Of a stretch of 64,000 nt of DNA, positions 8,278-19,110 are shown piece after piece. The DNA lies in the IMG/VR virus record IMGVR_UViG_3300042340_000194, positions 1-64,000 of that record, one strand, 5' to 3'. Within the stretch, counting starts at the first letter, position 1. Every line of letters begins with the position of its first letter. This DNA comes from a virus. The notes beneath the pieces were generated by a model. The model did no database searches. It had not been told where the DNA came from and saw only the letters and a program-made list of their open reading frames with translations. The position numbers and the translations under genes are program-made.

Positions 8278-11200
8278 CTAACCTCTTTGTATGATCCAAT
8301 TAGTGTCAGTTACATAAGTGGTCCAGTTTTTGGTTATTAAAGAGTATCCATCATTATCAGTAGGATGATGTGTAGCTTTGACATCAATATCTCTATTGCT
8401 ATTTATAGATACCTCATCGACTTTGTAAGTACGCACTTGAGAGGTGATTGTTTTCTTCATAAAAATAATTCCAGCAGGGCTCGCTTTACCGTAAGTCCCT
8501 ACGGTAATAGTTCCTTCCGACAAGGCTGAGCTTAATCCATCCCAGTATGTAACTGTGTGGTTACCTGCAGGTAGAAGGTCTGGACGAGTAGTGACAAGAG
8601 TACCATCATTCAAAACAATACCATTAGCGAACGCATCATAATATGTATAATCAAGAGCTACACGAATATAAGCTCCTGGGTATAAGCCTCCAAGTATCCC
8701 TGAAGGACGGGTACTGAACTGCACAGAATGGGTGATCAGCCGGCGAAGCCGTACAATATAGCAAAGCGCATCGACACATTGTTCAAAATTGGTACAATAT
8801 TCGGATAGATCGAAAACCTCTATGGGGTCAGATTCTGGCCGGTCGGCCTCCCGCAATCGTACCTCTCGCTCAACTGGAAATACACCATTTCTCGTGTATG
8901 ACGCCCGCGAACGCTCTTCTCGCCATTTACCTGATGCTTGGATAGGTTGTCTATCTTCTTCTGGTATAAATGTTAGCGAAAACGAGTTGGGTAATATGTT
9001 GCCTGCAGTGTAAAGCCCGGATATTGGAGGTTTTCCGGTCCCGTCCTCGGGGAAGACCACCGCCGGCTCCATCGCTAACCTACCGTTTTTCTCTGTAATA
9101 TCTACTAACATAGTCCCGCCAATGTCAGCTAGCCATTGGCGTATATTAACTTTTTCTGTTAGTACACCATCAAAAAAGTATCGCCTCTTCTTTAGCCATA
9201 AGCCTGTATTGTAAAATGATTCTAGATCTAGCTGTTTATCGCTTACAGATTGACCAAGTCCTAAACGTGAGCTACGACATAGGTCATAACCTATGTCTGG
9301 TAGCAAATTACTGGGACCTGGACTATTGCTATGTAAAACTCGCCTTACCATACGTCCCCCGGTAACCCTAACCGAGAATTGGGCAAACTGGCTCCATTCA
9401 GTCGCTGCACGGAATACACCACCGACTATGGCTAAAAAGTCATATTTAGGTGTTGTTTCATTGGCGGTTATGACGTTAACATAGGTTATTTCATGTTCTG
9501 GACCCTGAGCAGCGGTAGTCTGCACCTCTTCGTACACAAAAGCTTCAGCTACCTTACCCCAACAATCAAGCATAGAGTCTCTACCTGCAGTGTCTGTCCA
9601 CTTATACCCTAAATCTTCGTTAGGTTCCCAAGAATGAAGTCTAAATGTATCGGATGTATTTTCTACTACTGTTCCAGACCATGTTATTAAATAACCTCCT
9701 AAGTTAAGAGTATTAGATGAAGATATGTTACCGTCTAATACAATAAAGGGGGCTACAGCCAGCCCATTGCGTATTTCCCAGCCGGTCAGTGGCTCAAGCT
9801 CAATTTGTGGTGTAGCTGCTACTGGCTGCTCTACACGTATGTAATTATATATTGCTTGCTGGCTTTGACTACGAATACCAATAGACGCCGGCAGCACAAC
9901 ACGAGTACCATCTTCAGTGACTATACTCATCCTCCAAAATGAGTATCTCTCTGCGGTGTCATTTAACTGACCTGATTGGAAGTTTTGAGTATCTATGTCT
10001 TTGTCTGGATCATGCAGAGTTTCATGGTATTTGTAGCCGGCTATATAGTTGACCTCATCCAATCTTTTAGCATCTTTGAAATTACAAAGACCTGAAGCTC
10101 TAATGCCTACTGCAGATTTTATTCCTATTTCAAAGCATTTTACTCTCTGGTTTAGCTGAATGTTTGCTATAGCGCAGCGGAATATCTGTGCAGTGCTCGT
10201 AGCGGTATCATAGTCAGTGCCGTTGGGATAACTAGCTAGGTTCTGCTGTCTAGTATTTGTGGCTTTTGCCCACTGTGGAGGATATATTATTTTGTCAGTA
10301 TCATCATTGTCTACTCTAGACAAAGGTATAATAGTAATAATTCCGCTACGGACTACTGTAAAGGTGTAGTATACAGATTGCCCCCCTCTAACCGGGTAGT
10401 TGTCCACTTCGCTACTAAACACTTTGTCTGATGGTGATATTTCCGTAACAACAGCTAGACAAGAACCTACCTTATATAGCTCACCTATGGATAGCGCATT
10501 AGCAGCACTCATTTGACGCGATGCTATTGTATTAGCTATATCTGCGCATTTTGCAATTCCAGGTTCGGCCTCAGATGGATTATTTGTGTTAGAAGCCTCA
10601 AATTTTATCTGTGTAGTCGCTGCAGATGTTTTCGACAACATATACACAAATGTATCTCCAACGTTTAGCACGGAGCTGCCAGTGCTTGTAGATATAATCC
10701 CACTGCGCCCTGACCACCAGTATCTAGATTTCCACATATCAGCTAGTGCTACGGCATCGTCATTTACACGAACCTCATATTTTTTCTTACTTTCTCTATT
10801 TTTAGTCCATAGATTTATTGTTGGACGAATACGAGGATTTATTCTCAACCCTAAGTTGTTAGGTATTATGTTGTAGACTCCAAATGTGGTTTGAGTAGAT
10901 GGCTTGGCCGTAAAGCAAGAATCTTGCCTCCATGCGTTCCCTTCAGATCTAATTGAAAATACATCGGCTCCTCCAGTATTTTCGGCGTTACCTATATCAG
11001 TGCTTGGGGATCTACCAGCTAAATAATCAGTGCTTCTTAATCTACCTCCATTACCAGCGTAGTATAGCGTTAGCCTCCCTGCAGCTTGGGCGGCTGCGGT
11101 GTCTAAATCATAAGTGCCTAAAGTGTTATCCCCTACGGCGAAACTCTTTGGATCTATACAGCAAATCCTGCCTTCCCCGAGCATGAAAATAGCTTTTAAT

Positions 11201-11673
11201 ATCTGGCTGCCACTGGAGCTGAGCATCTGGCTCCAGAGTAATTGCATGTTGACCCTCACTCCTCCATAGCGACCTTCCGGCCTCGGGGGTGAAGCCTGCG
11301 CCAGCATATAAAGCTGATTGGCGTATATTACTGGGGTAGTAGTACCAAGAATTGCTGGCTGTTGTACGCTATCGAAACCTCTTCTAGGGGCAAATTTCTG
11401 GTTTCTTGTGATGTTTACAGGATCTGGCGATTGTGTTTTAATGCCCCCATTTTTACCTCCACCTTGTTTTGGCTTAAAAAAGCTTGCAGCTATGTTAAAT
11501 CCTATGCTCAGTCCAGCAGATACTATTGCTAAAGTCTCAAGACCTGCTTGCGGTACACCAGGGTCTATTTTAACTTTGCTATCAATTTCTTGCTGAAACC
11601 ATTCCATTTGAGCTGGAGTAAGTCCCAGCATTTCTGCTAGGTACTCGTCGCTAGGTAAAGGTTTGTACCCCAT
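8278..11673 (-). CDS. Tail tip / central fibre (gpJ-like) protein
   Basis: 1131 aa after TMP and gpL/gpK-like genes; GFDSVQQPAILGTTTPVIY, YFFDGV, PGAYIRV. Confidence 0.8.
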   Translation of the reverse strand: MGYKPLPSDEYLAEMLGLTPAQMEWFQQEIDSKVKIDPGVPQAGLETLAIVSAGLSIGFNIAASFFKPKQGGGKNGGIKTQSPDPVNITRNQKFAPRRGFDSVQQPAILGTTTPVIYANQLYMLAQASPPRPEGRYGGVRVNMQLLWSQMLSSSGSQILKAIFMLGEGRICCIDPKSFAVGDNTLGTYDLDTAAAQAAGRLTLYYAGNGGRLRSTDYLAGRSPSTDIGNAENTGGADVFSIRSEGNAWRQDSCFTAKPSTQTTFGVYNIIPNNLGLRINPRIRPTINLWTKNRESKKKYEVRVNDDAVALADMWKSRYWWSGRSGIISTSTGSSVLNVGDTFVYMLSKTSAATTQIKFEASNTNNPSEAEPGIAKCADIANTIASRQMSAANALSIGELYKVGSCLAVVTEISPSDKVFSSEVDNYPVRGGQSVYYTFTVVRSGIITIIPLSRVDNDDTDKIIYPPQWAKATNTRQQNLASYPNGTDYDTATSTAQIFRCAIANIQLNQRVKCFEIGIKSAVGIRASGLCNFKDAKRLDEVNYIAGYKYHETLHDPDKDIDTQNFQSGQLNDTAERYSFWRMSIVTEDGTRVVLPASIGIRSQSQQAIYNYIRVEQPVAATPQIELEPLTGWEIRNGLAVAPFIVLDGNISSSNTLNLGGYLITWSGTVVENTSDTFRLHSWEPNEDLGYKWTDTAGRDSMLDCWGKVAEAFVYEEVQTTAAQGPEHEITYVNVITANETTPKYDFLAIVGGVFRAATEWSQFAQFSVRVTGGRMVRRVLHSNSPGPSNLLPDIGYDLCRSSRLGLGQSVSDKQLDLESFYNTGLWLKKRRYFFDGVLTEKVNIRQWLADIGGTMLVDITEKNGRLAMEPAVVFPEDGTGKPPISGLYTAGNILPNSFSLTFIPEEDRQPIQASGKWREERSRASYTRNGVFPVEREVRLREADRPESDPIEVFDLSEYCTNFEQCVDALCYIVRLRRLITHSVQFSTRPSGILGGLYPGAYIRVALDYTYYDAFANGIVLNDGTLVTTRPDLLPAGNHTVTYWDGLSSALSEGTITVGTYGKASPAGIIFMKKTITSQVRTYKVDEVSINSNRDIDVKATHHPTDNDGYSLITKNWTTYVTDTNWIIQRG

Positions 11674-12068
11674 TACCGCAAATTATAGTAAAGCGGACTT
11701 TTTAACTGTAGTAGAGGTACTGTCGTGAGCCCTTGGCGGTGATGTACGGCTAGCAATAACTTATCAGGAACTACAACCCCAATGCCGAAAGACACTGGAG
11801 TTAGTAATGGGACTAGAGACCATAGCTCTTCATCTACAGCGGCTTTAATCGCAATGAGCTGGAACTCTTCGTATAGATCAGTCCAGCGGCGTTCTCGGGC
11901 CAAATTCTCCCATCGGGGGTCGATCTCGGGGGGATCCCTCCCGATCTCCTCCATGATGATCTGGGCCATCCTCAGGCAGCAACAGGCTTCACCGTTGCGG
12001 GGGTCGGCACCAATGCGGTGAGGTAGTCCTAGCCAGGGGTGCCAGCCGGTGTAACTCGGAGAAGTCAT
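11673..12068 (-). CDS. Tail assembly protein, NlpC/P60-like (gpK-like)
   Basis: WLGLPHRIGADP..GEACCCL N-terminus; position before the J-like gene. Confidence 0.6.
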   Translation of the reverse strand: MTSPSYTGWHPWLGLPHRIGADPRNGEACCCLRMAQIIMEEIGRDPPEIDPRWENLARERRWTDLYEEFQLIAIKAAVDEELWSLVPLLTPVSFGIGVVVPDKLLLAVHHRQGLTTVPLLQLKSPLYYNLR

Positions 12069-12089
12069 GAATCAGTCTAAGGCTCTAGC

Positions 12090-12575
12090 TTAGGACGACA
12101 AAATATTACCAGTTGGGGGTAGATTACCCACGCGGTAGGACGATAGAACACCTTTAGGTACTTGTTGTACAACAGCATCAAAGGGGTTACGGAGATTTAT
12201 TGAACACTTTTGATCATTCTGGGGACCTCCGCTACAAGCCCATATCTGTGTTAATGCTGTGGTGCCTTCGGTGGGCTCTACACCTTCGGCGGTAGTGATT
12301 ATTACAGTTTGTATTTCTACTAACCAACCAGATAGGATGGCTTCGGTAAATAAAGATACTGTTAGCTCGTTAGGTACAGTAACTAATCCGCCGGATGATG
12401 TGGCACCACCTCGTTTGGATGATGATCCTGAAACCCCAAAGGGGGCGAATGTGTAGTAAGTACCTTCATACAGTCTGGCTTTGTTGATAAAATAATTTTG
12501 AAATGCTCTAGCCGGGATATAGTTGCCAGCTTTATCCACGAAGCGTATGTATTCAGCAAAACTGGATCTACGCAT
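12090..12575 (-). CDS. Minor tail protein (gpL-like)
   Basis: FQNYF...YTFAPFG...LRNPFDAV..QVP; immediately after the TMP. Confidence 0.6.
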   Translation of the reverse strand: MRRSSFAEYIRFVDKAGNYIPARAFQNYFINKARLYEGTYYTFAPFGVSGSSSKRGGATSSGGLVTVPNELTVSLFTEAILSGWLVEIQTVIITTAEGVEPTEGTTALTQIWACSGGPQNDQKCSINLRNPFDAVVQQVPKGVLSSYRVGNLPPTGNILSS

Positions 12576-15500
12576 TAGGTTAGACCTAGGGCTCTGCGGA
12601 CATTGGGGTCGAGCTGCATACCACTATAGGCAAGGTCGCGCCCCTGGTTGGCGGCTTCTTGCACGCCCTGCCGGAACTCCTTCACGGTGACATACTCGAC
12701 ACCATTGATTGGCTGCGGTTCGTAGCGGATGTCTATGGCACCTCCGGGCAGGGACATCGGCCTCGGGGGAGCGGGGGGAGCCAGTGGGGTCAGGGCCGCA
12801 CGGGTGTTGCTGAACATCCCAGCGGTGGCGTCGGCAGGCAGGATCGAGCCGGGGCCCGAGGGGCTGAATAGTTCAGGGCCCCGTTCACCGACGATGTAGG
12901 AACTGGAGGGGAGGACGGGGCCGCCAGAAGCGCGGAAGCCTCCGAAGGTCTTGCCGAAGATGCCCAGCCCGCCGCCACCGAGCAGCCCCCCGAACCCGCC
13001 AAAAACACCACCCAGGCCCGCGAGGACATTCTGGGTGCCACCTTTGCCGATCTGGGAAAGGCCACCGAAGATAGTAGCCGCACCGGTCGCGAGAGTAACC
13101 ATCCCCCCGAGTACGGTCTGCAGACCAGTTGCTGCTTGGGTGGTAGCGGGGGCGAAGTCTTTGATAGTGTCGCCCAGGCCGGTTAGATCCGTATTGAGGG
13201 TTGTGATTGTAGAGCCTGCGCTCGTGGGGGCGAAGGCGTCGAAATAGCCGGCCTCGGGGGAGAAGCCTTTAGGGTCTAGGCCACCGAAGGTGGAGTTTGG
13301 TCCGGGGACAATGTTGTTTGTAGGATTTGCTGCAATCGCCAAAAGTGCTGCGGTATTCTCACGGGTAGCTATAGTGTTGTCTACTGTAGGGTTGGAAACA
13401 TCAGCACCAAAGAACTTAGCAAACATTTTGGTCATATTGTCTTCCATCGGCTTTAAGGACATATCCATAAACTGCTCCATGACACGCTCAGTCAGAGATT
13501 GACTAAAGGAGCTGGTAGCTTCTTTTATATCACCTCCAGATATAATAGATTTGAATACACTACGGAACCCTCCGCTAAATTCTTTGGCTAGCTCAGTACC
13601 TTTAGCCCAAGCCTCATTTTGTTTTTTCAGGGCTTTATCAAGAATAGCCAGTTCTAATGCAGCGGCGCGGGTAGCTGCAGCAAAAGCTGCAATCTCTTTC
13701 TCTACTTGACTATCAGACATACCTGGATTATTTTTCTTATAGTCCAAGCGATAGGTGGCTATGGATTCTTCTGCGCTATTAAGCCGTTGCCCTTGAAGAT
13801 CGTCTGGGTTTATACGAAGCCCTCTGAGACGGCCAGCTATAGAGATCTTTGCTTTTTCTATGTTATACCCAATATCGCGCACATCAGCTTGCACTTTTTC
13901 TATGCGAGTAGTTTCAGACGTAACAGCAAGAATTTCTTGACGTGTCTTTAAGTTAGTTCTTAGTATTTTTTCTTGCTCCGCGTAATAAGTATTTGTCTTT
14001 TTAATAAGTTCAGCTTTTTGTGTTTCAGTTAACACACCTCCTTCTGCAGTACGTTTTTCGTTTATAGATAAAAGTGTGTCTTTTCTGACTTTTTCCAGAG
14101 CTACTAGTTTCTGAGCATTATCAATAGTTAAGTCTAGCTCTTTAGGGTTATAGACTTGACTAGCAGCTTTTTTAATATTTTCTAGTGCAATCTTAGCATT
14201 ATTGAGTTCTATTGTGTACTGTTCAGTGCTTTGTATAGGCAGTGCATTTTTTAGGATTGCCTCAAACGCATCTTTTGTTTCAGCTTTGATTAACTGTGCT
14301 TTAAGGTCTTCTATTTTACCCATTTGAGCTTCCAAGCTTCTAGTGATCTTCTCCTGCTCGGAAGCTTGAGTATTCTGTATTTTAGCTAAATCTGGTATTA
14401 CCGGGGCGGTAGGGGGTGCAAGGTTTTGCTTTGCCGAGGGAGTGTCTCTGACTTTCCCATCAGTCCCTACCCACGCCTGGCCGTTCCAAGTGACGGGCTT
14501 GCCATTGAGGGTACTTTTTTCGCCAGGAGCCCTCCCACTGACCATGGTTGGCCCCATGCTTGTCCCTGTGGCTGTAGAACTGGCTAATCCATGTAAGAAT
14601 TGATTCCCAGTAGTAAGGGATTGAGCGACATAACCCCCACCTCCATCTGTCCACCTCGGGGCACTAGCAGGCATTGGGATCAATGTCCCTGCTGGTAACG
14701 ATATGTCAATAGCATTACGACTTTGTCCGGGTCTACGATTTCTTGTTGAATCGTGAGCACCTTGTTCAACGGCTAACCGCCTCCTTAGTTCCCGTTGATC
14801 AGTAAGATTTAGTATGTTTTTATTACCGGGCTCTAGTTTAGCAAGATTCGGTAGTTCCATGTACTCTACCCCTGACTTTTGCAGGGATAAGACTATGGCT
14901 AGTGCTTCCTCAATTACTTTCTGCTTGTTAGGTCCGCGTATATCAAGATGGGGTCCAGAAGAATTACCGGAAGATCCAACGCGGAAGCCAGAACTGACAC
15001 CTGGGGCGGTCATTGGACTAGCCCCACCACCTGTAGAATTTCCGGTTTCTCTGGCTTTCTGCTCCAACGCAGCCTGCTTCACTCTGTAATCTGAGACTTG
15101 CTTCTCGTAATCTCCGATTTTTAGACGTAAAGCTGCGATGTTCTTCTCCGTCTCATAACGATAATCAGCTATAGATTTCTCCATGCTATTGATTTCGATC
15201 TGCATCTGCCGGCGATTATCTTCAATCGTTTTCTCTCCCCTCATCTTAGTTGCAAGATATTCGTTAATACCTTGAGTTACACTGCGGCGCACCCCTTCTT
15301 GGCCTTCTAAGAGTTTGGTGTTAAGCCGCTCCGCAGCTTTAATTCTAATGTCACCCTCTAAGCTGATAATATTTGCAGTCTTTTGTAACGCCTGTTGACG
15401 CAGTTGGAACATATTATTCTCGTGTGCGCGTTCAAGGTCGCGTAATTGTTTACTAATATCAATTTTCTTTTGGCTAAGGATTTGGATGTTAGACTCTTGC

Positions 15501-18055
15501 TGTTCTAAATCTTTTTGATTAGCGATACGAGTCTGCTCTGCTTCTAGCTTGCCTTTCTCTTCTACAAGCTCTTTCATTTTCTCCGCCTGCATCGTTGTCC
15601 AGTCTGCATTAGGAGTAAAAGAGTTTAGAATAGCCATGCCTAACTCTTGCCAGGAGTTAACACCTCTAGTGGCTATGTCATAGTTAAGATCATTTATGGC
15701 TTTGCTAGTTTCTTGGATTTTCTTTGTTAATTCATCCCATCTGCCATTTACCGTAGCCTCATCCAGCTCTTTTGCTTTTTTAGCTGCGTATGAACTACTA
15801 TCTCCAACATCTTTATAGACAGTAGCTAAGCGCTTAAGCGCGAGTTCTGTTTTTGTCTGAGATGCAATTTCGTCATTTCGCCGCTGGAAGCGCCCAAAAA
15901 GGTCTACTGCAATGGTAACCGCTACTTGAACAAGTGTCATTATAGCTAAAAACTTGAAAAAGCCTAGTAGTTGAGTTCCTATAAAACCGCCTATTGAACT
16001 GCCTAGAGTTTTTATACCATTACCGACGTTCTCTGCTCCTTTCTTTGCCGCGTTCCCAACATCAACAGCACTGAATTTAAGTTTCTCTAAAGCAATAGCC
16101 ATTCTAATAGATTCTATTTCTACATCAGTAGCTGCTTGGTTTGCCCCTCGTCCTATATTTCTAAAAGTAGCAGCTACTTCAAGAATAATTATCTGCAGTT
16201 TAGCAAATTGTGGGAATATCCTTGCAAAAAACGAGGATATGCTAATCAACACTGTGCTTATAGTTTGAGATACTAAAGCTCCTATCCTGATCGCAGTGGC
16301 TATTACTAAAGTCCCTAACTCTAGTATTTTAGTAAGCGTAAATCCAAGTCCTTGGGCTATAGCTGCTATAGCTGAACTGACCCAAGTGCCAACTTTTGCT
16401 AGACCTGCCCCTATGGCTGCTATAACACTGTCAAACCCTCGCTTAAAGGCTACAAGACTCTGGATTACTGATGGGACAGTCATCCCAATTCTAATCATAC
16501 CATTTACACCTATCTTTTCCAGTACCGCGAACTGTGCGGTTAGCTGACTAAGATACTGAAATAAGGGCTGTTCTATTAGCTTCCCATAAAGAGTTAGCAG
16601 CGTAGAAACTGCAGGAATTACTGTGGCGTTAAGTACAGTAGCCAAGTTAGTGAACGAGTTTACAAGAATTTTTAATTGCTCGAATCTAAAGCTTGCGAAT
16701 CCTTCAAACAGTTCTTTCAGTCCTGAACCAACCATTACAAACGCCTTAATCATCTCATCTGTAAACTTGGCAATAGTAGGCCGTAGTTTCTCAATCTCTT
16801 GTTGAACTCGCAGAAACAAATCCGTTGTAGCTTTATTAACATCATCGAATACCCTCTTTTGCGAGTTGTCATCGAATTTCTGCAGGCTCGGGGCGGCCAT
16901 TGCTCCCCCGACCAGCCCTTGACCAAGGGCGGCCCCAGCTCGGCCCAGACCATCTGCGATCTGCATAGTCGGTTTGACGACCAGAGACATGCGCCGGTAG
17001 ACCTCCCCCAGGCCATCGAGCAAGGGCTGCAACATGGGTGCCCCGAGTGCGCGGCCCATTTCCTGCTGGATTTCTTGGATGTTGGAGGTGATCCCAGCAA
17101 AGCCCTGCGCTTGAATCTTTTGGCCGGCGGTGAACGCCGCTAGTTTCTTTGTAATAAACTCTACTAAATCTCCTGTCTGCTTCGCTTTTTGGATGTCTTT
17201 GTTTGTAATTCCTAGGGAACGGGCTAGGATTGAGTTGTTGTCAATGTCCCCACGGAGCATCGAGCCGACTTCTTGGACTGCTAGTCCAGGATCACTCATG
17301 CCAATAGTCCCTAGAGCTGCGCTAAAGCTAAGGGCGAGTTTTTTAGCATCTTCGATTGAACCGCCCACCTGGCCAATCTGGCTAGATACTGTGCCGAATA
17401 CTTGAATAATTGCTTCAGAGGTGGTCCCTGCTATGTTTAGTGATTCTCTACGAATATCTTCAATAGCTTTTTGAATAGGCCCTTTGAGCGCAAGCACGCT
17501 GTCTAACGGATTAGTTAGCTCAACCCCATTCCGAAGAACCTTATTTGTGGCAGCTATGGTAGTCTGAGTTTGCAGCATTACTTGCTGTAATCTGACTTCT
17601 CTACCTATGGTTTCCGCGAACATCCCGCCGTAAGCGGATTTTAATATGTTGACACTTTGAGTAATACCGAATATAGTAAAGCCTAGGCGGGCTAGACTAC
17701 TAATAAGAGTGTCAGATGCTAATAATGCTCCTTGGAGACTAACTGCTAAGGTTTTGCCTGGAGTAGCCTGGCTGAGCAAAAGCGCGGCTTTTGCGGTTGT
17801 TCTAAAAGTGTTCCCTAGAGATATCCCAATGGATTCAATATCCATCAGAGCCGGAACTACGTTCCTGGCGATGCCGTAGGTTATTTGTAGAGCTTTACCT
17901 ACATCTTGGATACCCTTGACTGTTTCGCTTAAACTCGGAAACTGAATATTAACTTTAATCGGGGTTTGTAAATTTTTTAACTTTCTATCTATACTATCAA
18001 TATCCTTATGCGTTGCGCTGGATTCACTCTCGATTCTAATTGTATAATCAGCCAC
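12575..18055 (-). CDS. Tape measure protein with an internal M23-like domain
   Basis: 1826 aa, helical/Ala-rich; C-terminal FRASGGPV...YIVGERGPELF motif; internal SGPHLD. Confidence 0.93.
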   Translation of the reverse strand: MADYTIRIESESSATHKDIDSIDRKLKNLQTPIKVNIQFPSLSETVKGIQDVGKALQITYGIARNVVPALMDIESIGISLGNTFRTTAKAALLLSQATPGKTLAVSLQGALLASDTLISSLARLGFTIFGITQSVNILKSAYGGMFAETIGREVRLQQVMLQTQTTIAATNKVLRNGVELTNPLDSVLALKGPIQKAIEDIRRESLNIAGTTSEAIIQVFGTVSSQIGQVGGSIEDAKKLALSFSAALGTIGMSDPGLAVQEVGSMLRGDIDNNSILARSLGITNKDIQKAKQTGDLVEFITKKLAAFTAGQKIQAQGFAGITSNIQEIQQEMGRALGAPMLQPLLDGLGEVYRRMSLVVKPTMQIADGLGRAGAALGQGLVGGAMAAPSLQKFDDNSQKRVFDDVNKATTDLFLRVQQEIEKLRPTIAKFTDEMIKAFVMVGSGLKELFEGFASFRFEQLKILVNSFTNLATVLNATVIPAVSTLLTLYGKLIEQPLFQYLSQLTAQFAVLEKIGVNGMIRIGMTVPSVIQSLVAFKRGFDSVIAAIGAGLAKVGTWVSSAIAAIAQGLGFTLTKILELGTLVIATAIRIGALVSQTISTVLISISSFFARIFPQFAKLQIIILEVAATFRNIGRGANQAATDVEIESIRMAIALEKLKFSAVDVGNAAKKGAENVGNGIKTLGSSIGGFIGTQLLGFFKFLAIMTLVQVAVTIAVDLFGRFQRRNDEIASQTKTELALKRLATVYKDVGDSSSYAAKKAKELDEATVNGRWDELTKKIQETSKAINDLNYDIATRGVNSWQELGMAILNSFTPNADWTTMQAEKMKELVEEKGKLEAEQTRIANQKDLEQQESNIQILSQKKIDISKQLRDLERAHENNMFQLRQQALQKTANIISLEGDIRIKAAERLNTKLLEGQEGVRRSVTQGINEYLATKMRGEKTIEDNRRQMQIEINSMEKSIADYRYETEKNIAALRLKIGDYEKQVSDYRVKQAALEQKARETGNSTGGGASPMTAPGVSSGFRVGSSGNSSGPHLDIRGPNKQKVIEEALAIVLSLQKSGVEYMELPNLAKLEPGNKNILNLTDQRELRRRLAVEQGAHDSTRNRRPGQSRNAIDISLPAGTLIPMPASAPRWTDGGGGYVAQSLTTGNQFLHGLASSTATGTSMGPTMVSGRAPGEKSTLNGKPVTWNGQAWVGTDGKVRDTPSAKQNLAPPTAPVIPDLAKIQNTQASEQEKITRSLEAQMGKIEDLKAQLIKAETKDAFEAILKNALPIQSTEQYTIELNNAKIALENIKKAASQVYNPKELDLTIDNAQKLVALEKVRKDTLLSINEKRTAEGGVLTETQKAELIKKTNTYYAEQEKILRTNLKTRQEILAVTSETTRIEKVQADVRDIGYNIEKAKISIAGRLRGLRINPDDLQGQRLNSAEESIATYRLDYKKNNPGMSDSQVEKEIAAFAAATRAAALELAILDKALKKQNEAWAKGTELAKEFSGGFRSVFKSIISGGDIKEATSSFSQSLTERVMEQFMDMSLKPMEDNMTKMFAKFFGADVSNPTVDNTIATRENTAALLAIAANPTNNIVPGPNSTFGGLDPKGFSPEAGYFDAFAPTSAGSTITTLNTDLTGLGDTIKDFAPATTQAATGLQTVLGGMVTLATGAATIFGGLSQIGKGGTQNVLAGLGGVFGGFGGLLGGGGLGIFGKTFGGFRASGGPVLPSSSYIVGERGPELFSPSGPGSILPADATAGMFSNTRAALTPLAPPAPPRPMSLPGGAIDIRYEPQPINGVEYVTVKEFRQGVQEAANQGRDLAYSGMQLDPNVRRALGLT

Positions 18056-18085
18056 GGCTTTTGTCGGTAGACCTCATAAACGAGT

Positions 18086-18607
18086 TTATCGCGGGGGCCC
18101 AGACGGGCTCGGGGGGCGGCTCATCCTCATATACACATGTACTGGGATGCGACGTTCTTGTACTAGGCGGTTTAACACATGTTTAGTATTTTCGGTTATC
18201 TGGAGTTTGCTTTCTTCGGCAGACACCCCGGAAGAACTAATGGCATCAGGGAAAGGCAAGAATAAATTAGGGTTCTTGAACTCTGTCTTCGCTTCAGGGT
18301 TAATGCTTCGCATGCCTATAAAATGAACGATACTAGCTAGCTGTGCCGTGGTAGCCGCTGCTATGTTAGCTTCTCGATGTTCTATCTCATCTAATTTCTT
18401 CATCAAAGCTTCAATAAGCTTTATCGGGGTTCTGATAAAGCGGTGCGCAGGGAAGTCATCCGCTAAGCAGGAATTGCGAAAGCGGATGTATATTTCCCCC
18501 CAGTCGAACTCTGGCTCACTCCAGAGTTTCTCGTAAGAACTCAGGACGGCGTCTATGTCTAGGTCGCCTTCGGCTGTGCGCGGGTTTTCGTTGTTTTTTC
18601 GTTTCCC
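18086..18607 (-). CDS. Tail assembly chaperone frameshift extension (gpT-like)
   Basis: The -1 frame is open from slippery GGGAAAC (18601-18607) into the 18086-18406 ORF. Confidence 0.85.
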   Translation of the reverse strand, partial: GKRKNNENPRTAEGDLDIDAVLSSYEKLWSEPEFDWGEIYIRFRNSCLADDFPAHRFIRTPIKLIEALMKKLDEIEHREANIAAATTAQLASIVHFIGMRSINPEAKTEFKNPNLFLPFPDAISSSGVSAEESKLQITENTKHVLNRLVQERRIPVHVYMRMSRPPSPSGPPR

Positions 18608-19110
18608 TCAGTACCTTCGGATTTAGGCCAGCCATCACGCTCCCATAGTACAAATTCCAGCATGCTAGTAAGGACTTTGATTGGGATAATATTTGTTTCC
18701 TCCAGTTCCCATTTTTCTGTCGATTCCCATTCGGCAGTGTCTGGATTCTTAACTTCTCCCCGGTATTGGAGTAACATTAGAGCATAGGCTTGTAGCTTAG
18801 CGGTCGTGTTTTCCTGTGAGTTATTAAGCTCTTCGATTTCGTCAATGTAATCAAAAACAATACTACTGTCGTCTGCAGTATTGAGGTTCTGTAGTAGATC
18901 GACCGCTTCCTGATTAGTGATATTGCGAGCTATTGCGATTTTCTTAGCTAATCGCATCGAATCATAACTACCCTTCGAGTATTCTTTTTCGATAGCTAAA
19001 ATCTTAGTAGCTTCTGCTGGAGTTAAATCATTATGAATAGGGAACCTGAAAGGGCCGATTTCATGATAGGCGTCAGCCGGAAACAGTAGTCCTTTGTTGA
19101 AGTTGAGCAT
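18559..19110 (-). CDS. Tail assembly chaperone (gpG-like)
   Basis: Between tail tube and TMP; G GGA AAC slippery site in frame near the 3' end. Confidence 0.85.
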   Translation of the reverse strand: MLNFNKGLLFPADAYHEIGPFRFPIHNDLTPAEATKILAIEKEYSKGSYDSMRLAKKIAIARNITNQEAVDLLQNLNTADDSSIVFDYIDEIEELNNSQENTTAKLQAYALMLLQYRGEVKNPDTAEWESTEKWELEETNIIPIKVLTSMLEFVLWERDGWPKSEGTEGNEKTTKTRAQPKAT

